A stretch of DNA of 64,000 bases from Planctomycetota bacterium (GCA_003576845.1 QEVJ01000001.1:92537-156536); one strand, 5' to 3'. Shown: positions 37,181 through 45,946, counted from the first letter of the stretch. Translations and numbers: made by a program. The notes: generated from the letters alone by a model not told the origin.

Positions 37181-37334
37181 TTTTAACGCAGAGCGCGCGG
37201 AGGTCTCGCAGAGGACGCGGAGGAGGAGAAACGTAGCGAGACGTATCGTAAATCTCTGCGAAATCTGCTGGTGGACCTGATCAGCAAATGACTTCTCTGC
37301 GTCCTTTGCGAGACCTCTGCGCTCTGCGTTAAAA
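37181..37334. repeat. Composite palindromic element (CGCAGAG/CGCGGAG words) in a divergent intergenic region
   Basis: TTTTAACGCAGAGCGCGCGGAGGTCTCGCAGAGGACGCGGAGG (37181-37223) faces CTCTGCGTCCTTTGCGAGACCTCTGCGCTCTGCGTTAAAA (37295-37334). Confidence 0.8.
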
Positions 37335-37416
37335 AGCCAACCTGCTCGAGTTCCGCCTCGGATTTTCGTCCTATCTTTGCAGTGACTATGCCACCCGTTC
37401 TCAGGAGACGTAATCC

Positions 37417-37869
37417 ATGCCGACGCTGACCACCGATGCCGCGCCGTTGGCCGCGGCCGAAGTCAAGGAACTTGCCGCCACGTGGTATAAGAAGCTCGAC
37501 GTCCACGCGCCGCTCGTCGATTTGTTGCCGCTGGTCGACGAGGACGCGGAAATGAAGTTCCCGGAAGCCACGCTCCGCGGCAAAGCGGAGTTCGAAGGCT
37601 GGTACGAGCGTGTGATTCGCGTGTTCTTCGACGAAGTCCACACGCTTAAGTCGGTCGACGCGACGCCGACCAAGACCGGCGCCGACGTGAAGGTGGTCGT
37701 CCACTGGGAAGCGAGCGTCTGGAATCCGCCCGCAGCCAAAAGCCAGCGGATCAAGCTCGACGCGTATCAGACTTGGAAGGTGCGACGCTCGCCGATCACC
37801 GGAGAACCGGTCATTGCAACGTACATCGTGGACGAACTCAAGTACGACGCGGGTTCGGCGAAGCTGTAG
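37417..37869 (+). CDS. NTF2-like (SnoaL-like) fold protein
   Basis: Track ORF of 150 aa. The size, the helix-then-curved-sheet pattern (WYKKLDVHAP...; VKVVVHWEASVW...; YQTWKVRR) and an adjacent paralogous-type gene support the call. The fold assignment is tentative. Confidence 0.6.
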   Translation: MPTLTTDAAPLAAAEVKELAATWYKKLDVHAPLVDLLPLVDEDAEMKFPEATLRGKAEFEGWYERVIRVFFDEVHTLKSVDATPTKTGADVKVVVHWEASVWNPPAAKSQRIKLDAYQTWKVRRSPITGEPVIATYIVDELKYDAGSAKL

Positions 37870-37889
37870 GTCGTCGCCTCGCTCACATG

Positions 37890-37935
37890 CTCCTGGCTCC
37901 TGACTTCGAGGTATTCAGGAGACAGGAGTCAGGAG
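37890..37935. repeat. Short palindromic element with 7-nt word arms
   Basis: GCTCCTG GCTCCTG ACTTCGA ... faces CAGGAGA CAGGAGT CAGGAGT. It lies between the two NTF2-like genes. Confidence 0.6.
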
Positions 37936-37977
37936 TGCCGAATTCGCATTCATTCACACTTACCCGGAGTTGTCAGC

Positions 37978-38394
37978 ATGACCACCGCCACCGTCAACGC
38001 CACGAGCAACGTTCCCGACACGAAGCTCGGCCGGCTTTATGAAGAGCACATTCGCTTGATTCTCGCCAAGGACATCGAGGCGATTCTCGACCAATACACG
38101 GACGATGCGGTACTCATCAGCAGCTTCGAGAAGAAGCCGCGATACTTCCGCGGACGCAAGCAGCTTCGCGAGCATTTTCAAGGCATCCTTGGCATCGAGG
38201 GCCTGGAATCGAAGATCGCATTCTGGGCCGAAACGCAGAATCCCGAAACGCTGATGGTCGTCGAGGCGATCGCCATGCAAACGGCCGACGGCGAAGCGAG
38301 CATGCGGTTCGCCGATAGCTGGGTGCTCAAGGGCGGCAAGATTGCGATCCACTTTGCCGGCATGACGCAGTATCCGGACGGCTCGGTGGCGTAA
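37978..38394 (+). CDS. NTF2-like / SnoaL-like protein
   Basis: Track ORF of 138 aa. LYEEHIRLILAKDIEAILDQYTDDAVLISSF... and ADSWVLKGGKIAIHF match the SnoaL-like pattern. Confidence 0.65.
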   Translation: MTTATVNATSNVPDTKLGRLYEEHIRLILAKDIEAILDQYTDDAVLISSFEKKPRYFRGRKQLREHFQGILGIEGLESKIAFWAETQNPETLMVVEAIAMQTADGEASMRFADSWVLKGGKIAIHFAGMTQYPDGSVA

Positions 38395-38410
38395 GTCATG
38401 TCCATTACCT

Positions 38411-38565
38411 AACCACAGAGGGCACAGAGAACACAGAGGAAATGCAAAAGGCAAAATGAAGAATGAAACATGCAGGGCGCGGAGTTCGTTCCACGATTCC
38501 TCTTCTTTCATTTTTCATTTTGCATTCTTCATTCTTCCTCCGTGTTCTCTGTGTCCTCTGTGGTT
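38411..38565. repeat. Large composite palindromic element (outer CACAGAG words, inner 7-nt words)
   Basis: The left half is AAC CACAGAG GG CACAGAG AA CACAGAG GA followed by AATGCAA AAGGCAA AATGAAG AATGAAA. The right half is the mirror TCTTTCATTTTTCATTTTGCATTCTTCATTCTT followed by CCTCCGTGTTCTCTGTGTCCTCTGTGGTT. Confidence 0.88.
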
Positions 38566-38597
38566 GAGAAACCAACCTCCCACACGGACAGCGAACC

Positions 38598-39788
38598 ATG
38601 AAATACAAGTTGCTCGGCCGATCCGGCTTGCGGGTTTCGGAACTTTGCCTCGGTTGCGCCACTTTCGGCACGAACTGGGGTTCGATCGGCTCGGATAAAC
38701 AGGAGTCGGGCCGCATCTTCGACGCCTTCGTCGAAGCGGGCGGCAACTTCATCGACACGTCGAATCGCTACCAGGAAAGCCAGTCGGAGGAGTTCCTGGG
38801 CACATTCATTCAAGGCGACCGCGACCGCCTGGTCCTGGCGACGAAATACTCGCTGTTCGACGGCTTCTCCGACGGCCGCGATCCGAACGCCTGCGGCAAT
38901 CATCGCAAGAACCTGTTCCGTTCGGTCGAGGGCTCGCTCAAGCGGCTCAAGACCGACTACATCGACCTATTGTGGATTCACATCTACGACTACACGACAC
39001 CGATCGAAGAGATCCTGCGGGCGCTCGACGATCTGGTGCGCCAGGGCAAGGTGCATTACATCGGCGCGTCGAACTTCCCAGCATGGTGGATGGCGAAGGC
39101 GAACACGCTCGCCGACTTCCACGGCTTTTCGCCGTTCATCGCCACGCAGCTCGAGTACAGCATCACCGAACGCTCCTGCGAGCCGGAGTTTCTGCCGATG
39201 GCCCACGAGATGGACATCGGACTCGTTGCGTGGTCGGCGCTCGGCGGCGGGATGTGTACCGGTAAGTACAGTCGCGGCCGCTTGGATAATACGATCCCGC
39301 AGCGGCTCGTCGACGAAATCGACCCGGCGAAGCGGCATCATTGGCGCGCGATGACCGAGCGCAATCTCGGCATCATGGAGAAGGTCAACCGCGTCGCCGA
39401 TCGGATCGGCCGCCCAACGGCGCAGGTGTCGCTCCGCTGGCTGATGCAGCAACCGGTCGTGACGATCCCGGTTTTCTCCGCGCGCACGGTCGAGCAAGCC
39501 AAGGAAGACCTGGGCTGCGGGGATTTTGAGCTTTCGACACAGGATATGCGCGAACTCACGGTCGCCAGCCAACCGGCGCTCGGCTCGATCATGCCGGACG
39601 TGGGCGCATATCCTTACCCGATGCTCGAATACGGCAGTCCCGCGTTGCCGGAGTTTTATTCGCGATTCCTGCTGTTCGGGCAGGTCGAAGAGAAGATCGT
39701 CAATCACCGCCGGTTGTTGCCGTATCAATATCACCGCGATGCGCCGGCGACGAAGGGCGCGCCGCAGCCGCAGCAGCTGAAGGCGTAA
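38598..39788 (+). CDS. Aldo/keto reductase
   Basis: Track ORF of 396 aa. MKYKLLGRSGLRVSELCLGCATFG...FDAFVEAGGNFIDTSNRYQ...SEEFLG...LATKY...IDLLWIH...YIGASNF is the canonical AKR motif series. Confidence 0.9.
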   Translation: MKYKLLGRSGLRVSELCLGCATFGTNWGSIGSDKQESGRIFDAFVEAGGNFIDTSNRYQESQSEEFLGTFIQGDRDRLVLATKYSLFDGFSDGRDPNACGNHRKNLFRSVEGSLKRLKTDYIDLLWIHIYDYTTPIEEILRALDDLVRQGKVHYIGASNFPAWWMAKANTLADFHGFSPFIATQLEYSITERSCEPEFLPMAHEMDIGLVAWSALGGGMCTGKYSRGRLDNTIPQRLVDEIDPAKRHHWRAMTERNLGIMEKVNRVADRIGRPTAQVSLRWLMQQPVVTIPVFSARTVEQAKEDLGCGDFELSTQDMRELTVASQPALGSIMPDVGAYPYPMLEYGSPALPEFYSRFLLFGQVEEKIVNHRRLLPYQYHRDAPATKGAPQPQQLKA

Positions 39789-39917
39789 GACGTAAGTGGA
39801 CAGTGGGCAGTGAACAGCGGATAGAAAGTCGCAGTCGCGACATGACCACGAGTGCTGCCCGCTATCCACGGCTCACACTCCCCCGACCCCTGACCTCCGA
39901 CCCCTGATCCTTTCGCC
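39786..39917. repeat. Intergenic spacer that parses entirely as 7-nt words, ending in a C-rich tract at the start codon
   Basis: The spacer reads GTAAGAC GTAAGTG GACAGTG GGCAGTG AACAGCG GATAGAA ... CACTCCC CCGACCC CTGACCT CCGACCC CTGATCC TTTCGCC, then ATG (39918). It contains the inner imperfect inverted repeat GTGGACAGTGGGCAG / CTGCCCGCTATCCAC. Confidence 0.7.
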
Positions 39918-41552
39918 ATGCCCAGCACATTCGACTACATCGTCATCGGCGCCGGTTCTGCCGGCTGCGTTGTCGCCAATCGGTTGACAGAAGACTCGAA
40001 CGCCTCGGTGCTCCTGCTCGAAGCGGGCGGGCCGGACACGAGCGCCGACATTCACGATCCGACCGGCTTCGTGAAGTTGATGCGCTCGCCGGTCGATTGG
40101 GCCTATCAGTCCAATGCCGAGCCGGGCCTTGCCGGGCGTAGGCTTACGCTCAATCGCGGCAAGACGCTCGGCGGCACGAGCGCGACGAACGCGATGATCT
40201 TCATCCGCGGGCATCGCCTCGACTTCGATCATTGGAATTATCTCGGCAACGAAGGCTGGAGCTACGACGACGTGCTCCCGTACTTCAAGAAGTCCGAAGA
40301 CAACGAACCGGGCAGTTCGCGGTTTCGCGGCGTCGGCGGGCCGGTCAGCGTGCGGAACTACACGTCGTACACCACGCCGTCGCCGGCGGCCGAAGCGTTC
40401 GTCGCCGCAGGGCAGGAACTCGGCTTTCGCGGCGGGCCGACTTGGGACTTCAACATCGACGCCGCCGAAGAGTCGACCGGCTTCTACCAATTCAGCATCA
40501 CCCGCGACGGCCGCCGGGCGAGCACGGCGGTCGCGTATCTGAATCCGATCCTGGGCCGCGAGAACCTGACGATCACGACCGGAGCGCAAGTCACGCGGAT
40601 CCTGCTGGACAACGACCGCGTCGTCGGCGTCGAGTACGTCAAGGACGGCAAGAAGTGCGAAGTCCGCTGCAACGCCGAAGTCGTCCTGTCGGCCGGAGCG
40701 TTCGACTCGCCAAAAATCTTGATGAACTCCGGTATCGGTCCCGCGGACGAATTGCGGTCCAAAGGCGTCGAGGTTGCTTTCGATCTCCCCGGCGTGGGGC
40801 AGAACCTGCAGGATCACCTGCTGATGCCGTCGATCTTTAAGTGCAAGCGCGAGCAGCCCGTGCCGACGCTGCTCGCCGAAGGCGGCTTGCTGACCCGGAC
40901 GCGCGCGGGGCTCGGTTTGGCCGCGCCGGACTTGCAGATCAACTTCAACGCGACGATTCCCGCCCTCGTGCCGTCGGATTGTCCGAAGATCGGGCCAAGC
41001 TTTACGTTCATCAGCATTTTGGTGCGGCCGCAGAGCATCGGGTACGTCACGATCGCCGGCAACGACCCGCTCGCCGCGCCGGTGATTCAGGAGAACTACT
41101 TGCAGTGCGAAGCGGACGTGCAGGTGCAGCTCAAGGCGATCGAACTCGCCCGCACGATGGTTCGCACGAAAGCGTTTGCCGAGTTGTACGACGGAGAGGC
41201 GCTTCCCGGTCCGGGCAAGAGTGAAACCGAGCTGCGGCAGTACGTCCGCACGCATGCCTCGACGATTTGGCATCCGGTCGGCACGTGCAAGATGGGCCGC
41301 GACCGGATGGCCGTCGTCGATCCGCAGCTTCGCGTGCACGGAGTTCGCGGGCTGCGCGTCGCCGATGCGTCGATCATGCCGACGATCGTCAGCGCGAATC
41401 CGAACGCGGCGATCATTATGATCGGCGAGAAGGCCGCGGACCTGATTAAGGCAACGACGCCGACACCGACGAGCGACGAGTGTGCATCGACTTCGCCGCG
41501 TACATGGCGGGCCGAGCGTCCCTACGTGAACGAGGCTGCAACGGCGTGTTAA
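39918..41552 (+). CDS. GMC-family FAD oxidoreductase (choline dehydrogenase-like)
   Basis: Track ORF of 544 aa. FDYIVIGAGSAGCVVANRLTED is the FAD GxGxxG motif. GGTSATNAMIFIRG, and HPVGTCKMG...VVDPQLRVHGVRGLRVADASIMP, are the GMC signatures. Confidence 0.92.
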   Translation: MPSTFDYIVIGAGSAGCVVANRLTEDSNASVLLLEAGGPDTSADIHDPTGFVKLMRSPVDWAYQSNAEPGLAGRRLTLNRGKTLGGTSATNAMIFIRGHRLDFDHWNYLGNEGWSYDDVLPYFKKSEDNEPGSSRFRGVGGPVSVRNYTSYTTPSPAAEAFVAAGQELGFRGGPTWDFNIDAAEESTGFYQFSITRDGRRASTAVAYLNPILGRENLTITTGAQVTRILLDNDRVVGVEYVKDGKKCEVRCNAEVVLSAGAFDSPKILMNSGIGPADELRSKGVEVAFDLPGVGQNLQDHLLMPSIFKCKREQPVPTLLAEGGLLTRTRAGLGLAAPDLQINFNATIPALVPSDCPKIGPSFTFISILVRPQSIGYVTIAGNDPLAAPVIQENYLQCEADVQVQLKAIELARTMVRTKAFAELYDGEALPGPGKSETELRQYVRTHASTIWHPVGTCKMGRDRMAVVDPQLRVHGVRGLRVADASIMPTIVSANPNAAIIMIGEKAADLIKATTPTPTSDECASTSPRTWRAERPYVNEAATAC

Positions 41553-41595
41553 CGCCCATTGCCCCCGGTGTGTTCACCGAGGGCTAAATGGTATT

Positions 41596-41617
41596 CCCCG
41601 AATCCCGAATCCCAACC
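41596..41617 (+). repeat. C-rich 7-nt word tract abutting a start codon
   Basis: CCCCGAA TCCCGAA TCCCAAC C lies immediately before ATG 41618. Confidence 0.6.
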
Positions 41618-42097
41618 ATGAACATCTCCTTTGCTCACGTCGCCCTGAATTGCCACGACATCGCGACGACGGAGGCGTTTTACACGAAGCACTTCGGTTT
41701 TCGCCGCGCTCGGTCGGTCGATCTCGGCGGCGGCAAACAAATCGTGTTTCTCAAGTCGGGGGACGTGTATTTGGAGCTGTTCCAAGCCGATGCGCTTTCG
41801 CCATACGAGCAGCCCAAGAATGACGGCCCGGCGTGGCCGGGCGTGCGACACATTGCGTTTCAAGTGAAGGACGTTGACGCAAAGCTTGCCGAGATGGGAA
41901 GCGACGCGAAGCTTTCGTTCGGGCCCTTCGGGTTCGATAGCTTCATTCCCGGTTGGCGGACGGCGTGGATTACCGATCCCGACGGGACGATCGTGGAGAT
42001 CAGCCAAGGGTTTACCGACGACGCGACGCTCATCAACTACCGCACGTCGCCCGAGAGCAGTCGGGCCAGCGATACGGCGCCGGTTGGAGCCGCGTGA
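41618..42097 (+). CDS. VOC-family (glyoxalase/bleomycin-resistance/dioxygenase fold) protein
   Basis: Internal ATG of track ORF 41588-42097. It reads MNISFAHVALNCHDIATTEAFYTKHFGF...YLELF...RHIAFQVKDVD...TDPDGTIVEI, with paired beta-alpha-beta-beta-beta modules carrying His/Glu metal ligands. The track N-terminal extension translates the C-rich repeat. Confidence 0.8.
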   Translation: MNISFAHVALNCHDIATTEAFYTKHFGFRRARSVDLGGGKQIVFLKSGDVYLELFQADALSPYEQPKNDGPAWPGVRHIAFQVKDVDAKLAEMGSDAKLSFGPFGFDSFIPGWRTAWITDPDGTIVEISQGFTDDATLINYRTSPESSRASDTAPVGAA

Positions 42098-42176
42098 GCC
42101 TTGGGTGGCGCCGTCGGGAGACCGCGCCACAACCGTGCGACAACGCAAGTGCCACGGCGCGGTCGCTCTCGCTCCG

Positions 42177-44258
42177 TCATCGAGCGTGCGACGGTTTGAT
42201 TTGCCACGCCTCGTCAAAGAAGTCAGCCGCGACGATCTTGCCGGGATAGCGCGGGCCGGCCGGAGTGGTCAGGTCGATGACCGCCCAATCGGGCAGCTTG
42301 GGTACTTGCCGGGCGTTGTTCAGATAGTCGTACTCGCGGTAGGTGAAGCTACTGTTGAGCACGACATACCGCTCGGGGTTGAGCGGGTTTGGGAAGATCA
42401 TCGCGACCGCGTGTTTGTCCGCGGGAAAACTCTGCTCGCCGACCGCGATCTTGTCGGCGTCCCAGCGGATCGGCAGCTTGTCGGCAATTCGTTTAAGAAC
42501 CGCGTTGCTTGCCGGGTCACCCCAGAGCACGAGATTGTGGGCCGCAATGTCGGCGTCGGCGATGGCGGTGTCGTCCTTCACGCGGGCATCGCCGCGCATC
42601 TGCCGCCGCCACTCGCGAATCGCGCGATCGAGTTCGGCGTGCGACCACTTGTCGACTGCTTCGTGTTGAGCCTTGCCGGTGGGACGCACGAACAGGAACG
42701 AATCGAGAAATGCGTCGTCGATCGGACCTTGCAGGCCGTGCCGCTTGCGCAGTCCGTCGCGTTCCGCAGGGCCCAATCGCCACTCTCCATCCTTCAAATG
42801 ATAACTTGCGGCCCAGCTTCCGTCAGTCTTAACGTCGGGAGCGGGAACTTCGTGGTCATCTATTTTTCCTCGCCCGAAGACGCGCGAATCGAAGGTGCCG
42901 GCGGGACATTTGACCGTAAACGCAGCGACGTTGTGGGTGCGAGCCGTCAATCGCAAAATGTGTTTTGGCGGTAGCGGCAGCTCGCCCGGCGCCGACTCAT
43001 ACTCCAAAGAATCCAATACATCGTACTCTACTTCTGCGCGAGTCCAATGCTCCATGAGTCCGTCGATCGTAAGTTCTCGCACTTTGTTGTACCGCAATGT
43101 GTAAGTCGCAAAGTTTGCCGTCCACGGATATCTATTCTGCCCGTTTTTGGCGACTTCGCTCATGCGCTGCTCCACTTCCGCCGCCGCCTGCGGGTGATAG
43201 GCGTGTTTCGTACCCGGGCCGATGATGTGTTGTAGCTCCATGCCTTCTTGGGCAAGAGCATTGGCCATGATGTCGGCGGCTTGTTTTTGCATATCGAGTT
43301 CGCCGCTATAGGCAATCGTTGGGCAAAATACGATGTTCCGCGCCCAATCGGTGCAGTCGTAATAGTGCAGCAGACTCTTTTCCCACGGCGTCGGCTCGAT
43401 GATTTCTTTCTGGAACACGCGGAGGAACTCCGGCGTTTCGCTGAAGCCGGCGCCGGGATTGGCGGCGAACCAGCGCGACGGATAGTGGACGGCAAAGTGC
43501 CAAGCGGCGGCGCCGCCCATCGAGAAACCGCGGACGCTGATGCGGTCTTCGTCGACGCGGTAACGCTTTTGGACGTCGGCGAGCGCTTCGAGCACGTCGA
43601 CTTCGCCGGCCAGCTTGAAGGCGTTGCAGTAGCGGCCGTAAGGATGCAGCACGATCGTATCCGGCGGCGCGAACTGACCGACGTTTTTCATCCGGTCGGC
43701 GATGAAGTTCGCTTCGCTGAGCGTTTCGCCGCGGCCGTGAAACCAGATGTCGAGCCGATACCGCCCGGCGGTCTGGTGCGTGTACGATTCGGGAACGATA
43801 AGGCCGTAGGGTTGAACGCTGCCGTCGATCTTCGACACGTATCCGCGAAGGACGAGGCCGCGGGCGTCGGTCCAAGGCGCTTTGCCGCGGGCGAGTTGTG
43901 CGGCGCGTGTGAGCCCCGTTTCAATGCACGTGTCGATGCGGCGAATGTCGTCCTTGTGGAATATCTCGTTGTACTTGAGCGCCCAGTTCGCTGCCTTGGC
44001 GAATATCTGAATGTCCGGCAAAAGCGACCGGGTGCGGGCATCGTCGCGCTTTTCGAGGTTGGCAATCGCTTCGTCGAGCAACAGCGCGTATCCCTCGAGA
44101 TTGCGGCGCTCGTCGGCGTCGATTTCAATGCCCAGGGGTGGAATCGGTCGGACGTTTTGGGCCGCGTTGTCTTGGGGACCGTCGGCGCGGACGGTTGCAG
44201 CGAGAACGAGCAAGAAGTTCACGAAGATCGCGGTAATTGCAGGAATATGGTGCGGCAT
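42177..44258 (-). CDS. Secreted alpha/beta-hydrolase (prolyl-oligopeptidase/esterase-like) with N- and C-terminal extra domains
   Basis: Track ORF of 693 aa. It has a signal-like N-terminus, a nucleophile elbow VRGFSMGGAAAW, and downstream D and H candidates (SGELD...; GTKHAYH). Confidence 0.75.
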   Translation of the reverse strand: MPHHIPAITAIFVNFLLVLAATVRADGPQDNAAQNVRPIPPLGIEIDADERRNLEGYALLLDEAIANLEKRDDARTRSLLPDIQIFAKAANWALKYNEIFHKDDIRRIDTCIETGLTRAAQLARGKAPWTDARGLVLRGYVSKIDGSVQPYGLIVPESYTHQTAGRYRLDIWFHGRGETLSEANFIADRMKNVGQFAPPDTIVLHPYGRYCNAFKLAGEVDVLEALADVQKRYRVDEDRISVRGFSMGGAAAWHFAVHYPSRWFAANPGAGFSETPEFLRVFQKEIIEPTPWEKSLLHYYDCTDWARNIVFCPTIAYSGELDMQKQAADIMANALAQEGMELQHIIGPGTKHAYHPQAAAEVEQRMSEVAKNGQNRYPWTANFATYTLRYNKVRELTIDGLMEHWTRAEVEYDVLDSLEYESAPGELPLPPKHILRLTARTHNVAAFTVKCPAGTFDSRVFGRGKIDDHEVPAPDVKTDGSWAASYHLKDGEWRLGPAERDGLRKRHGLQGPIDDAFLDSFLFVRPTGKAQHEAVDKWSHAELDRAIREWRRQMRGDARVKDDTAIADADIAAHNLVLWGDPASNAVLKRIADKLPIRWDADKIAVGEQSFPADKHAVAMIFPNPLNPERYVVLNSSFTYREYDYLNNARQVPKLPDWAVIDLTTPAGPRYPGKIVAADFFDEAWQIKPSHAR

Positions 44259-44506
44259 GAGCGAGGTCTCTCGGTTTCAGGGCAACGTCCCGGCGGAGCG
44301 TTGGCGGATCGGACGCACCCCATTGTTACATGCCGGAAAAGTCTGTGGAACGGGCAATTTCGACCATCTCGACGCGGCTCTCCGGCGATACGAGTCTCAG
44401 GTTCGAGCGGCCGCGTTGAGCGGCTATGCCCGACGGCGTATGATAAATGCAACGTCTTGGTCCGATGAGTTGGGTGTTGCCCCTGTGCCCCATTGGGCGG
44501 TTTTTC

Positions 44507-45943
44507 ATGCGGTGGCCGCTGCGGTATCAGATTCTCGTGCCGTTTGCCGCGGTGATGGTGCTGGCGATCGCTGGAGCGAGCATTACGAGCGCCGTGTTGG
44601 CGGCGCGGCGCACGGAAGCCCAACTGGCGGCACAACTCGACGGTCTTGCCGCCACGTTGCGCGAGGCGACCTTTCCGCTGTCGGAGAACGTGCTGCGGCA
44701 GATGCGGGGACTAAGCGGCGCGGAGTTTTTCGTCACGGCCGCGGACGGCAGGACGCTGGCCGGAACCGTCGAGCCGCCGGAGCGGTTTTCGGTGCAGTTT
44801 ACGCGCGATTCGCTCGCGACGGGCGCCGAGCGGTTCGACGTCGAACGCACGCTTTCGATGAACGGTCAGACGTACTTCTATCTTTGGACGCAAACGCGTC
44901 CGACGAGCGACGGCGGGCGACCGACATTGCACATTCTGTATCCCGAGGCGCGGTGGCGTGAAACGCGCTTTGCGGCGTTCGTGCCGCCGCTGGTCATTGG
45001 CGGCGCGGCACTGGCGGTCGTTTCCGTGGTGTCGCTGGTCATCAGTCGCCGCTTGAGTGGACCGATCGGTCAGCTTCGCGAGCAAGTTTCGCACATTGCG
45101 GCGGGCGATTACCGGTCGATCGAACGGCCGGAGCGTAACGACGAGCTGCGCGATCTCGTCGAGTCGGTCAATTCGCTCGCCGCGCAGCTCGACGCCATGC
45201 AACAAGTCTTGCGGCGAACGGAGCGGCTGTCGGTGCTCGGGCAGTTGAGCGGCGGCCTGGCTCACGAACTGCGCAACAGCGTGGCGGGGGCGCGGCTGGC
45301 CGTGCAACTGCACCAGCGTGCGTGCAACGCGGGCGACGCGGAGAGCCTCAGCGTGGCATTGCGGCAACTCGAAATCACCGAGTCGCAACTGCGGCGGTTT
45401 CTCGCCGTCGGCAAACCGTCGCCACCGAACCGTGCGCGGTTCGAGTTGCGAACGCTCGTCGACGAAGTCGTTTCGCTCGTGCGGGCGACGGCGGAGCATC
45501 GAAAGATCGCGATCGCGGTGCAAGGCCCGGCCGACGGAATAGAAATCGAAGCCGATCGCGATCAGATCAGTCAAGTCTTGCTGAACTTGTTGCTCAACGC
45601 CATCGAAGCGGCCGGGGCGAACGGCCGCGTGCGCGTCGTGCTCTCCGCGACGGCGAGCGAGGCAAGGATGCAAGTGTGCGACAATGGTTCCGGTCCGGTC
45701 GCGGAGCTTGGCGAGAAGATGTTCGAGCCGTTCGTGACGAGCAAGCCGGAGGGCGTCGGACTTGGGCTGGCGGTTGCTCGGCAGATTGCCGAGGGGCACG
45801 GAGGCAGAATCGAATGGCGACGCGGGGACGAGACTTGTTTCGAGGTGGTCCTTCCGCACGGCGATGTGCGCCGCGACGGCGGCGCGAGGCACGACGCCGT
45901 TGTTGCGGACGCGCTTCCCACCGCCAACTTTACGCAGGAATAA
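44507..45943 (+). CDS. Sensor histidine kinase (2 TM, HAMP, HisKA, HATPase_c)
   Basis: Internal ATG of track ORF 44447-45943 (MRWPLRYQILVPFAAVMVLAIAG...). The second TM is followed by a HAMP domain (PIGQLREQVSHIAAGDY...). It has an H-box GGLAHELRNS, an N-box LLNLLLNAIEA, and G-boxes DNGSGP / GVGLGLAVA. Confidence 0.88.
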   Translation: MRWPLRYQILVPFAAVMVLAIAGASITSAVLAARRTEAQLAAQLDGLAATLREATFPLSENVLRQMRGLSGAEFFVTAADGRTLAGTVEPPERFSVQFTRDSLATGAERFDVERTLSMNGQTYFYLWTQTRPTSDGGRPTLHILYPEARWRETRFAAFVPPLVIGGAALAVVSVVSLVISRRLSGPIGQLREQVSHIAAGDYRSIERPERNDELRDLVESVNSLAAQLDAMQQVLRRTERLSVLGQLSGGLAHELRNSVAGARLAVQLHQRACNAGDAESLSVALRQLEITESQLRRFLAVGKPSPPNRARFELRTLVDEVVSLVRATAEHRKIAIAVQGPADGIEIEADRDQISQVLLNLLLNAIEAAGANGRVRVVLSATASEARMQVCDNGSGPVAELGEKMFEPFVTSKPEGVGLGLAVARQIAEGHGGRIEWRRGDETCFEVVLPHGDVRRDGGARHDAVVADALPTANFTQE

Positions 45944-45946
45944 CTC

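Noticed and set aside
39873-41339. 488-aa minus-strand ORF
   Set aside because: It is antisense to the GMC oxidoreductase, which has an unambiguous FAD-binding GxGxxG motif and GMC signatures on the + strand.
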